A stretch of DNA of 16,428 nucleotides from the NCBI GenBank assembly GCA_046581755.1, contig JAYGFR010000396.1, positions 1 to 16,428 of the forward strand, given 5' to 3'. This DNA is from Nitrospinota bacterium. GTDB taxonomy: Bacteria; UBA8248. The notes under the pieces were generated by a model. The model ran no database searches. It was given only the letters and a program-made list of their open reading frames with translations, and was not told where the DNA came from. This document shows, one piece after another, positions 1 to 8,198 of the stretch. The position numbers and the translations under genes were made by a program. Numbering within the stretch: position 1 is the stretch's first letter; each line of letters starts with the position of its first letter.

Positions 1-60
1 CGGGGAGCCAAGCTGCCCCACGGTCTCCCACAACCAAGGTCACGACGGTCTCCCGGCCGC

Positions 61-84
61 GCCGACTCCCCATGGGGAGTCGGC
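61..84. repeat. Perfect 24-bp palindrome GCCGACTCCCCATGGGGAGTCGGC
   Basis: The sequence equals its own reverse complement. It is preceded by a 10-nt direct repeat ACGGTCTCCC (20-29, 45-54). Function unknown. Confidence 0.85.
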
Positions 85-321
85 ATCCATTATCCTATCA
101 GCATGACAAGGAATACCTCATATGGGATAGATACTAGGTCAAAGGTCCGGCGCTTTGACGTATGTTCACAAAAGCCAAATTCAAATTTGATTCGGAGGCG
201 CCCCGCTAATCAACTCGTATCATGGTCCTTTGTTTCGCTATAATCAGTGGAGTGCCCATTTGCGGATTTGGGACATCGAGGAAATCAAAACCTGAATTAT
301 CCGAACGGGAGAATTGGAAGA

Positions 322-2352
322 GTGAAGTCGGCTCGCCTTGTGAGCGGCGCGGGATGGGTTTTATTCGCGGCGCCTTTGATTCTCTGGCGTCTGGATCCCG
401 CGGAGGTTCTGGATGCGGAGGGGCGGCTCTGGGCGCTCCATGCCCTTCACCTGCTCATGGCGGCGGGGGTGGTCCTCCTCCTCTACCTGGCCGGGCGGGC
501 GGCGCTCATGGTGGCGGGTCTGCTGCCGGACGATCCCCCGGAGAGAGTTCTCCTTGCGACCTGCTCGGGATTTTTGATCGTGTCCCTGGCGGTTTTCCTG
601 ATGGCGGCGGCGGGGGCGCTGCACCCTCTCGGCGTTTTGGCGTTCGCCGCGGTTGTCTCCCTGGTGTCGGTCCTTTTTTTTAAGGGAGAATACGGACGCG
701 GGGCGGGCGCGCCGGGGGGCGGGAGCGGCGGGCCGGCCCGTGTGGCGGCCATCGCCCTGGGCGCGTTTTTCGCGCTTCTTTTTTTCGGCTCCCTGCTCGA
801 GGCTCTCATCCCCTCTCCGCAATCTCCCGACGCGCTGGCCTACAACCTCGCCTTCGCGCGGCTGTACGCCCAATCGGGTGGAATCGAATTCACGCCGCAC
901 AGCCCGTTCTTTTTCGCCTTCATCGGCTACTGGGAATTTCTCCTCTCGGCGCTGGCGCTTTTCATTCCCTCGGACATCTCCCTGTTCGCGCTGGCCCAGA
1001 TTCTTCATCTCCTCCTCGGGCTCGGCGGGTCGGCGCTGGCTATCGTCTGCATTGTCCGCAGGCTCTCTCCCCTCGGCCGCTGGGAGACGCTGGCCCTCGG
1101 CCTTTTCGCCGCCGTTTTGTTCGCGGGGATGCGCATCGACGTTTTTCATGTGCGGCGGTTTCCTCTTCTCCTGGTGGCGCCCAAATCGGATTTGGCCGCC
1201 GCCGCGCTTCAACTGGCCGCCATATTGACTCTGCTGCGCGCCTTTCCGGCGGAAGGCGCGGCCCGCCGGAACCTGGGGCTTCTGGGAGGGGTTCTCCTCG
1301 GAGCGGCCGCGGGCGTGAAGATCACCGCCGCCCTCGCCGCCGCCGGACTGGGGGCGGGCATCATGCTCTTTCCGCCCGCGCCCGCTGCCGCCAGGGAGCG
1401 GATGGCGTTGATCGGATGGATGTCCCTCGGTTTCGCGGCGGTGCTCGCGCCCTTGCTGGCGAAAAATATCCTTGCCCTGGGGAATCCCGTTTATCCGATG
1501 CTGGCCTCCTATATCGGGAGTTACGATCACCCGGTCTTCCGCCGGTTTTTCCTCTCCGGCGGGCGGTGGGAAACGGTACCCCTGATGGCCCGCCTGCTGG
1601 TTCCCTCGGCGCCGTTCCTTCTTCTCGCCGCCGCGTTTTGGAGGGGCCTTGTCCCGCGGGGCGTTTACACCCTTTTGATCGCAGCCGCGGTTTCTGCGGC
1701 CGGGCCGGTCATTCTCATTTCGAAGACGTTTCCCATCCGGTTCGCGGTGTTCATCGCCGCCCTGGCCGCCGCCTGCGCCGCCTGTCTCGCGGGCGCCCTC
1801 ATCGATCGTCTTCGGACGCGATTGGAGGGCGGGGGAGGTTTTCCCGTCCGCCACGCGCTGCCGGCGGCATGGATCGCCCTTTTCATCCTCGCCGTCGTTC
1901 CCACGCATCTGGACAATCGCCTCAAGCGCGCGTTCAGGACCGCCGGAGAAACGACCGCTCTCCGCGAGCGGATGTACCGCATGAGCCCGGTCTCGCACTT
2001 TCAGGCCGGATGGAGGGGCCGCCTTCCGGAGGGGGCGAGGCCGATGACTTTCTACCGGCCCGAGAAGCTTTTTGCCGTAACCCGGGGATGGCTCCCGGCG
2101 GTCGCCATCGAAAGCCCGGCGTTGACGAACCTGTTCCTGCGCAGGCTCGGGGGGCCGGAAATGGAAAGAGCGCTTTTAAGGAAGGGGATCACACACGTCA
2201 ATTATGAATCGCTGCCCGTCCCGACGGGGTTTCCGCTGGACGTAGAGCCGCTTGCCTCTCACCTGCGAAACCGCCCGCCGCTCTGGCGGGAAGATGGCAT
2301 CGAGATATACGCCCTCTTTTCCAGCGAAAGACGGAAAGGCAAGAAAATGTGA
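322..2352 (+). CDS. Large polytopic membrane protein, probable GT-C-fold (ArnT/PMT-like) glycosyltransferase
   Basis: The long ORF has many hydrophobic segments, a loop motif PDALAYNLAFARLY resembling the D-x-x-x-Y-H-L motif of GT-C-like proteins, a GAAAGVKITA helix and a soluble C-terminal domain. The start is uncertain: GTG 322 after purine-rich GGAAGA, or GTG 247 as in the ORF track. Confidence 0.6.
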   Translation: MKSARLVSGAGWVLFAAPLILWRLDPAEVLDAEGRLWALHALHLLMAAGVVLLLYLAGRAALMVAGLLPDDPPERVLLATCSGFLIVSLAVFLMAAAGALHPLGVLAFAAVVSLVSVLFFKGEYGRGAGAPGGGSGGPARVAAIALGAFFALLFFGSLLEALIPSPQSPDALAYNLAFARLYAQSGGIEFTPHSPFFFAFIGYWEFLLSALALFIPSDISLFALAQILHLLLGLGGSALAIVCIVRRLSPLGRWETLALGLFAAVLFAGMRIDVFHVRRFPLLLVAPKSDLAAAALQLAAILTLLRAFPAEGAARRNLGLLGGVLLGAAAGVKITAALAAAGLGAGIMLFPPAPAAARERMALIGWMSLGFAAVLAPLLAKNILALGNPVYPMLASYIGSYDHPVFRRFFLSGGRWETVPLMARLLVPSAPFLLLAAAFWRGLVPRGVYTLLIAAAVSAAGPVILISKTFPIRFAVFIAALAAACAACLAGALIDRLRTRLEGGGGFPVRHALPAAWIALFILAVVPTHLDNRLKRAFRTAGETTALRERMYRMSPVSHFQAGWRGRLPEGARPMTFYRPEKLFAVTRGWLPAVAIESPALTNLFLRRLGGPEMERALLRKGITHVNYESLPVPTGFPLDVEPLASHLRNRPPLWREDGIEIYALFSSERRKGKKM

Positions 2353-2485
2353 AACCGGCATTTCCCATTAAATTCCTTGAATAGGCTTATTCTAGCTCAA
2401 CATGGGTATTTCAACCCAAGGCCCTCATCCATACCCCGGAAGGCGGGCAAGCCGGCGGCCCATGTGCGGACGGCGCCTCCCGGCG

Positions 2486-3490
2486 TCAGAACCAGTTGAA
2501 CCTGCGGAATATCCATACCTCGATCACGGCGATGACGAGGAGCAATCCCGTGACGATTCCGAACGCCCACGGGGATTCGATGCCCGGCATCCCTCCGACG
2601 TTCATCCCGAGGAGGCCGGTGATGAACGTGACCGGCAGAAATATTCCGGCGACGACGGAGAGGATGAACATGGTCTGGTTCGAGCGTTGGGCCATGTGGT
2701 TGGTGATTTCGTCCTGAATCACGGTGGCGCGCTCGCGGATGAACCCCAGGGTCTCCACGTGGCGCGAGATGCGATTGGCCACTCCCTGCAGGCGGGCCCG
2801 GTGGCTTTCGTCGAGCCAGCCGATGTGCTCTTCGGAGAGGGTCGTCAGGGCGTCGCGCTGGGGGACGATGTGGCGGCTGTTGGCGATGGCCGCGCGGCGC
2901 AGCGAGCCGAGCCGGGTCCGGAGTTCGTCCGAGTGGTCGGCGAGTACGTTCTCCTCCAGTTCGTCCACCAGCCCCTGCAGGCTCGTCAGGGCCGGGGTCA
3001 TCCTGTCCACGAGCCGCGCGCAGAGGGTGGCGATGAAATCTCCCGCCTCTTTGGGCCCGGCGCCGTTGGCGATGCTTTTTTTAATGTCGTCGATGGCCAT
3101 GATGTGGCGCTGGCGGACGGTGACGGCTATCTCCGGATGGATCCAGGCGCGCAAAGAGACCATGTCCGAGGGATCGGCGCCCGGGTTCAGGTTCATACCG
3201 CGCAAGTTGACGGCGATGCCGCCCAGGAAGGAGAGGCACCGGGGGTGGCTCTCCTTGATCCACTCCTCGGTCGATTGCTCCTCGGAGCCGAACAAGGCGT
3301 CGGCGATCACCGGGTCGATCCCGCTTTTTTCGAAAATCCACTGCCGGCCTTTCGCGCCGGTGCGCTGAAAATGGACCCAGATAAAATTCTCGGGCGGCCA
3401 CTCGCCGTAAAGATCCGCCCAGGAAACCTCCCGGCCCCCGCCCTTCCCATCGAGCATATACGCACAAACCAGCCCATCCCCGTCGCTCAT
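2486..3490 (-). CDS. zntB: CorA-family divalent cation transporter, ZntB-like
   Basis: C-terminal FLPVTFITGLLGMNVGGMPG carries the GMN signature with two TM helices. VNLRGMNLNPGADPSDMVSLRAW and the N-terminal AYMLDGKGGG are typical of ZntB. Start placed at ATG 3490 (MSDGDG) after a G-rich RBS. Confidence 0.88.
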   Translation of the reverse strand: MSDGDGLVCAYMLDGKGGGREVSWADLYGEWPPENFIWVHFQRTGAKGRQWIFEKSGIDPVIADALFGSEEQSTEEWIKESHPRCLSFLGGIAVNLRGMNLNPGADPSDMVSLRAWIHPEIAVTVRQRHIMAIDDIKKSIANGAGPKEAGDFIATLCARLVDRMTPALTSLQGLVDELEENVLADHSDELRTRLGSLRRAAIANSRHIVPQRDALTTLSEEHIGWLDESHRARLQGVANRISRHVETLGFIRERATVIQDEITNHMAQRSNQTMFILSVVAGIFLPVTFITGLLGMNVGGMPGIESPWAFGIVTGLLLVIAVIEVWIFRRFNWF

Positions 3491-3634
3491 CGAACGTCCC
3501 CCGCGAAATAAAAAGGATCCGGTGAATTCTGGAATTGTAGCCGAGAGCGCATCTTCATGCATCACTCGTTTGGAGCCGAAACGGAGGAAGAAGACGCAAT
3601 CCGGGCGCTCGGCCGGAGGGCCATCCGGTATCGT

Positions 3635-3663
3635 TTGACGTGCCACGCGAATCAATTTAGGCT
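3635..3663 (+). promoter_or_regulatory. Putative sigma70 promoter for the lipoprotein pair
   Basis: TTGACG-N17-TAGGCT, ending 57 nt before the TTG start at 3721. Confidence 0.5.
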
Positions 3664-3720
3664 TTTCCGAAGAACCCTGTTGGACTCGTGTGGGATTGAT
3701 CCGGAAGAGGGGGGAAAGAA

Positions 3721-4779
3721 TTGCGCCGATCCTGTTTGCGTCCGGTTTCGTTGGTTTTATTGTCCTTTGGCATAGCGGCCTGCGCCTCTGTCGGGGATCC
3801 GCGGCCGACGAGACGGATCGGGAAAATGGTGTGCACCCAGCCGGGACAAAACCTGTCCTCGGAACAAAAAGTTGCCATTAACCTCCAGGTCTCCCAGATC
3901 CTCACGGTGGGAGGGGGCTTCGATATCGGCGCCAAGGCGGCGAAGGAGGCCAAGGCGACGGGCCGGGCGGAGGAGATAGACATTTGGACCTTCAAGCTCT
4001 GCGAGGCTGTGGGGCTCAATATTATCGAAAAGAAGGACTACCGCGAGTTTTTGAGGCTGGTGATTCTGGGCGGAATACCGGGGCAACAAGCCTCGGCGGC
4101 CAGTTCTCCTCCAACCGATCCGCCGGCCGATGCCGGAGCGCCCGCGGCGGGGGGGAATTCCCCGATGCTGGACGGGCCGCGTCCGGCCAGCGGGGATCGG
4201 CTGCTCGACTCGGAGTTGAGGCCGCTGTACACACGTGTGCCCTCCCTCCGGGATGCCGTGGAGGCGAAGGATTATTCGCTTGCCCAGTATTTCCTCGAAG
4301 CGGGACGCAAGAAGAACGCGAACGATCCCGATATTCTTTTCGCGCTGGGCGAAATGTATTTCCGCACAAAAAAATACGAAAAGGCCAAGGAACTGTTCAG
4401 CCGCGTGAAAAAACTCCAGCCGGGCCGGGCGATGGCGTATACGCGCCTGGGCGAGGCGCTCGAGAAGGGGGGGGACGTTCAGAAGGCGGTTCAAATCTAC
4501 AAGGGGGCGCTCAAGCATTTCGAGGGCGCCGTCAAGAAAAATCCGGATGATGCCACCCTGCTGTTCGGCCTTGCCGAGGCGCAATACGGGCTCAGGCAGT
4601 GGATCGAAGCGAGCCGCAGCTACGGCAAGGTGACACAGAAAGATCCCGCCTTTTCCAGGGCCTACCTGAGGCAAGGGTGGATTCTCTACGACCTGGGAGA
4701 CCTCGACCGCGCTCATAGCCTTTACCAAAAAGGCCTCGGACTTCAAAAGGCGCAATCCAAGAAAAAGAAAGGAACCTGA
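3721..4779 (+). CDS. Lipoprotein with an N-terminal CTQP...KLCEA domain, Pro/Ala linker and C-terminal tetratricopeptide repeats
   Basis: Signal peptide with lipobox (FGIAA-C). TPR-like helices include DILFALGEMYFRTKKYEKAKELF, MAYTRLGEALEKGGDVQKAVQIY and RAYLRQGWILYDLGDLDRAHSLY. RBS GAGGGGG precedes the TTG. Confidence 0.8.
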   Translation: MRRSCLRPVSLVLLSFGIAACASVGDPRPTRRIGKMVCTQPGQNLSSEQKVAINLQVSQILTVGGGFDIGAKAAKEAKATGRAEEIDIWTFKLCEAVGLNIIEKKDYREFLRLVILGGIPGQQASAASSPPTDPPADAGAPAAGGNSPMLDGPRPASGDRLLDSELRPLYTRVPSLRDAVEAKDYSLAQYFLEAGRKKNANDPDILFALGEMYFRTKKYEKAKELFSRVKKLQPGRAMAYTRLGEALEKGGDVQKAVQIYKGALKHFEGAVKKNPDDATLLFGLAEAQYGLRQWIEASRSYGKVTQKDPAFSRAYLRQGWILYDLGDLDRAHSLYQKGLGLQKAQSKKKKGT

Positions 4780-4780
4780 G

Positions 4781-5281
4781 ATGAGATATCAAGCCCTTCT
4801 CGCCGCCGTTCCGCTACTCATTCTCGCCGGTTGCGGCGGGGGCCAGGTGTCGGATGAGCGGAGAGTTATCCGGTTCGGTAAGTTTCGGTGCACCCAGCCG
4901 GGCGTGGACGTGCGCAGAGAGACAACATTTTCCACCAACGTTTCCGCGAGCCTGGGCTCGTCCGAGAGCGATTCGAGCAGCTCCTCCTCCGAGGAAACCA
5001 CGAGCGACTCCACTCAAGGCATGGCGGACCGCTTCTTGTCCGTGCTCAAGGCAATCCGGGACGTCAAGGTTGAAACCGGTCAATCCATCACCCGGAAAAA
5101 CGAGCGCATCGCCAAGCTGGCGGGCCGGGGTTCCGAGCTTGAGGTGATCACCTACAAGCTATGCGAAGCGGCGGGCAACGGCCTCATCGACAAGGCGCAA
5201 TATCAAAAATTCCTCGAGATTACCCTGCAGGCGCCGCCCGCGCCGGCGTCCGATCCGAACCTGCCCCCGCCGCCGAGATAG
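4781..5281 (+). CDS. Hypothetical lipoprotein, paralog of the N-terminal domain of the upstream gene
   Basis: Lipobox LILAG-C. It shares GK..CTQPG and GR..E....(F/Y)KLCEA.G...I.K..Y..FL with 3721..4779 and starts 1 nt after that gene's stop. Confidence 0.8.
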   Translation: MRYQALLAAVPLLILAGCGGGQVSDERRVIRFGKFRCTQPGVDVRRETTFSTNVSASLGSSESDSSSSSSEETTSDSTQGMADRFLSVLKAIRDVKVETGQSITRKNERIAKLAGRGSELEVITYKLCEAAGNGLIDKAQYQKFLEITLQAPPAPASDPNLPPPPR

Positions 5282-5283
5282 GA

Positions 5284-5331
5284 CGGATTCGGGGCCGGAT
5301 TCGGGGTTTAATTCTGGGATTAATTCGGCTG
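5284..5331. repeat. Four degenerate 12-nt tandem repeats between convergent genes
   Basis: CGGATTCGGGGC / CGGATTCGGGGT / TTAATTCTGGGA / TTAATTCGGCTG. The last unit overlaps the stop codon of the transglycosylase. Confidence 0.6.
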
Positions 5332-6498
5332 GAAAAAGGACTCGTATAGCCGTGCTCTTCGGTTGATCCGCTTGATATAGTTGCGCGTCTCGTCCGGCGC
5401 GCGCCGGTCGATGATCTGCAGCAACTGGTCCCCATCGAGCGTTTGCATGTTGTAGCGGCGCAGAATGCTTCGCCGGATGTTGCCGATGCCCCAGTTGTAG
5501 GAGGCGATGGCGAGGTAGGTGTTGTGGGGCTCTCTTTGTACACGCCTCAGGTAATTCCGCTTGATGAGCATGAAATACGTCGTGCCCAGGCGGATGTTGT
5601 TTCCCGGATTGTACAGGTACGACGCCCGCAGGATTCTTTTTTTCCCGTACAAATGCAGATAGGCATCGTGCGCGCCCGAACGGGGGACAAGCTGCATCAG
5701 CCCGTACGCGGGGATTCGGGATACGGCCTTGGGATTGAAGGCGGACTCGGTGTGTATGATGGCCATGACCCGCGCCGGATTCACGCCGCTTCGATCGGCC
5801 ATGGCGCGCACCCTATCGGTATACCGGCTGGCACGCTTCTTCAGGTGACGCGGGATGAGGGAAATGGTCACGGTGCCGTGGTAGCGGTGTTTGCCGTCCC
5901 GGCTCCTTCTGGGCCTCGGCCTCACCCGCACCCTGGGATACACCTGCCGCTCCGCGTACCTTTGGGCGGTTTGGGCCGTCACAGAATTTCCCGACCGATC
6001 GTTCAGCTGGTCCCGAAGGGGGGATGGCTCGTCTTTTTCCTTTTGGAGAATTTCCTTTAGCCGGGTGCCGATTTTCCGCTGGATCTCCCTCCGGGTTTCC
6101 TCCGGAGATTGGCCTGCCTCGGCCAGGGCCTCGACCTTGACCTCTCCTTTTTCAAAATCCACCTGGCTGCGCGCTTCCTTCGAGCCCGAATGATCGACCC
6201 AGCGGACCCGGTTCGAGGGAACGTAGCTATCCCACAGGGCCTCTATCTCGCGTCGCAGGCGTTCCCATTCCTCCCGTTGTTCGCGGACCAGCGCCTCCCA
6301 TTCCCGATCGATGTTCTCGAATTCGGCATCGATGGTCCGCTCCATCCGCTCGAACTCGCGATCGGCCTCGCGGAGTGCATCCCCACCCTGGCCCATCGAA
6401 TCGGGAGCGATTCCCGCCGCCACCCATCCGGCGGCCAGGAACGCCAACCCGAAGCGAAGCAGGGGTTGAATGTTTGGGATGAATTTAAAAGGCTTCAT
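5320..6498 (-). CDS. MltC-like lytic murein transglycosylase (DUF3393-like N-terminal region plus SLT domain)
   Basis: SLT motifs IIHTESAFNPKAVS (catalytic Glu), AYGLMQL and ASYNWG. The N-terminal SQVDFEKGEVKVE segment is typical of MltC-type proteins. It has a signal peptide and a coiled-coil. Confidence 0.85.
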   Translation of the reverse strand: MKPFKFIPNIQPLLRFGLAFLAAGWVAAGIAPDSMGQGGDALREADREFERMERTIDAEFENIDREWEALVREQREEWERLRREIEALWDSYVPSNRVRWVDHSGSKEARSQVDFEKGEVKVEALAEAGQSPEETRREIQRKIGTRLKEILQKEKDEPSPLRDQLNDRSGNSVTAQTAQRYAERQVYPRVRVRPRPRRSRDGKHRYHGTVTISLIPRHLKKRASRYTDRVRAMADRSGVNPARVMAIIHTESAFNPKAVSRIPAYGLMQLVPRSGAHDAYLHLYGKKRILRASYLYNPGNNIRLGTTYFMLIKRNYLRRVQREPHNTYLAIASYNWGIGNIRRSILRRYNMQTLDGDQLLQIIDRRAPDETRNYIKRINRRARLYESFFQPN

Positions 6499-6518
6499 CG
6501 ATTCGAAACCATTCCCCG

Positions 6519-7643
6519 CTAGTTAAGGATTAATACGACGCGGGCCTTTTTCAGAAACCCAGTGTCGCCATTGGCTGCGAGCACCTGTTCGCTGTCCTCG
6601 GGGGAGACCAGCAAATCGGCTTTCAGGCTGCCGTCGGTCCCGCTGGCGGCGATGATGAGAGGCGATGCGCCGATAAAGCTTGCGTAGGATGCCTTCGCCT
6701 TTTCCACCGAACTCGAGTACTTCACGATGCTCTGGCTTTGGAGGAAGATCATTTTTTCGACCATCCTCCGGTCATAGACGACCTTCTTATCGTCCGCCGA
6801 GAGGATTCTGGGAAACAGGGCCGGCCGCGCGCCGATGCCGGAGGCATCGATGATCAGGCTCGTATACTGCTCGGGAGGAGCGGCTTTCGCGCTCGGCGTT
6901 TCGGGGGGAGGATCGGCGGCCTTTGCCGGTGCGGGATCCGCTGCCGGCGTCTCGGTTTGGGCCGGAGGAGGGGTGGGCGCCGGGCTCTGGGCCGGGGGCG
7001 TCGCGGACGTGGTGGGCGCCGCGGACGTTGCGGTTTGGGCCGGAGGAGGGGTGGGCGCGGGGCTCTTTGCCGGGGGTGCCGGGGGCGTCGCCATGCGCGG
7101 CCTGACCGGTATCAGGGCATACATTGGCCGGAGAAGATTACTCGGCCCGCTCGAAATCAAAAGGCCGAGCTTGACCAGCGCGCGGACCTCTTTCGGACCC
7201 ACCTTTTTATATTTTTCATCGAGGATGCGGGCTCCCTTGATGATCTCATCCACCTTGATTTTGAGGCCCTTCACCTGGATCAGTTCGTTTCGAACCAATG
7301 TCGTCGAACTCACGCGGACCTGGCCCACCTGCTCGGCCAGTTTCTCGTAGGCGATGGCGCGGGCCGTCGCAAGCGCCAGGGAGATGGCATGGCTGTCGCT
7401 CACGGTCATATTCGGGTCGTTCGTTCCGTAGGCGACCACCTCGATGAACTGGCCAGCCATGTTGGTCCTGGCGAAGGCCACCGGAGCGCCCGATGGGCCT
7501 TTGTAAATGCGGACATCGGTGAGGGGATTTTTGCTCCGATTCGCCTTCGCCCATGGAGGCTCGTGTTCCGAAGCGAGAGAGTAGGCAGCGGCCGAAAGAA
7601 AAACCGCTGCCGATATGAGGATGAGCCGCCATTTATCCATCAT
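6519..7643 (-). CDS. Exported LPP20/FlgP-like protein with a Pro/Ala/Thr-rich linker
   Basis: Signal peptide with no lipobox Cys. LALATARAIAYEKLAEQVGQVRVSSTTLVRN...IIKGARI resembles LPP20/FlgP-type domains, and the C-terminal domain begins YTSLIIDASG. GGAG RBS precedes ATG 7643; alternative starts are 7658 and 7640. Confidence 0.6.
   Translation of the reverse strand: MMDKWRLILISAAVFLSAAAYSLASEHEPPWAKANRSKNPLTDVRIYKGPSGAPVAFARTNMAGQFIEVVAYGTNDPNMTVSDSHAISLALATARAIAYEKLAEQVGQVRVSSTTLVRNELIQVKGLKIKVDEIIKGARILDEKYKKVGPKEVRALVKLGLLISSGPSNLLRPMYALIPVRPRMATPPAPPAKSPAPTPPPAQTATSAAPTTSATPPAQSPAPTPPPAQTETPAADPAPAKAADPPPETPSAKAAPPEQYTSLIIDASGIGARPALFPRILSADDKKVVYDRRMVEKMIFLQSQSIVKYSSSVEKAKASYASFIGASPLIIAASGTDGSLKADLLVSPEDSEQVLAANGDTGFLKKARVVLILN
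6953..7076. repeat. Intragenic direct repeat (28 nt exact, about 46 nt imperfect) encoding SPAPTPPPAQT twice
   Basis: CGGTTTGGGCCGGAGGAGGGGTGGGCGC occurs at 6953-6980 and 7031-7058. Confidence 0.9.
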
Positions 7644-8198
7644 TTTCGGATTCTCCATGTCTAAATGAACCTTATGAGAAAAGGCTATCACGAACCGGGC
7701 TTTATTTCGAATGAATTGACATTGCAGACGGCGAATGGGGTGTCGGTGGACACTTTTTGCGGCAATTTAAAAGGGTCGGCTCATCGAAGACTCGGAGCGG
7801 TCTCATGAGCCAGAATTTCGAATTCTCTTAGCGGCAATATAAATGAAGAATCATCATCCTTCAATGCCGCTCCAACGGGGGCTGCCAGGGGGGGATCGAA
7901 AATAGTCCCGGCGCGAATCAGTAGGTTTCGCCGCGAATAACCGGCTTTTCGGTCCGGGGCCTCAAGCGGGCCGTCATTCTATAAATATCGAAAATGGCGG
8001 TGTGGGGAATTGTTGGATCCTTTTTGAGGCTGCCCGCCGTTTAATGATATGATTCATCCCCGATGGAAGGCGGCCGGCCCGGCAGGGGGCTGGGGCCGTG
8101 AGTGGCGTTGGGTTCGAAAAGCCGGTTCCGAAAAAGTATGAAAAGGGTTGAAAATGACGGCTGGCCGCTTCCGGGGAATCAGGCAGGGGGGTTCTTGA

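Noticed and set aside
361..3511. Long antisense ORFs (361..1998 -, 2402..3511 +) and similar ones (3757..4755, 6738..7664, 14322..15359)
   Set aside because: These are shadow ORFs opposite well-supported genes, expected in high-GC DNA, with no recognisable motifs.
7692..8198. c-di-GMP riboswitch or sigma28 promoter upstream of the flagellin
   Set aside because: No GCAAA...GAAA...GACGCAAAG core was found by eye, and TCCGAAAA (8127-8134) lacks a correctly spaced TAAA.
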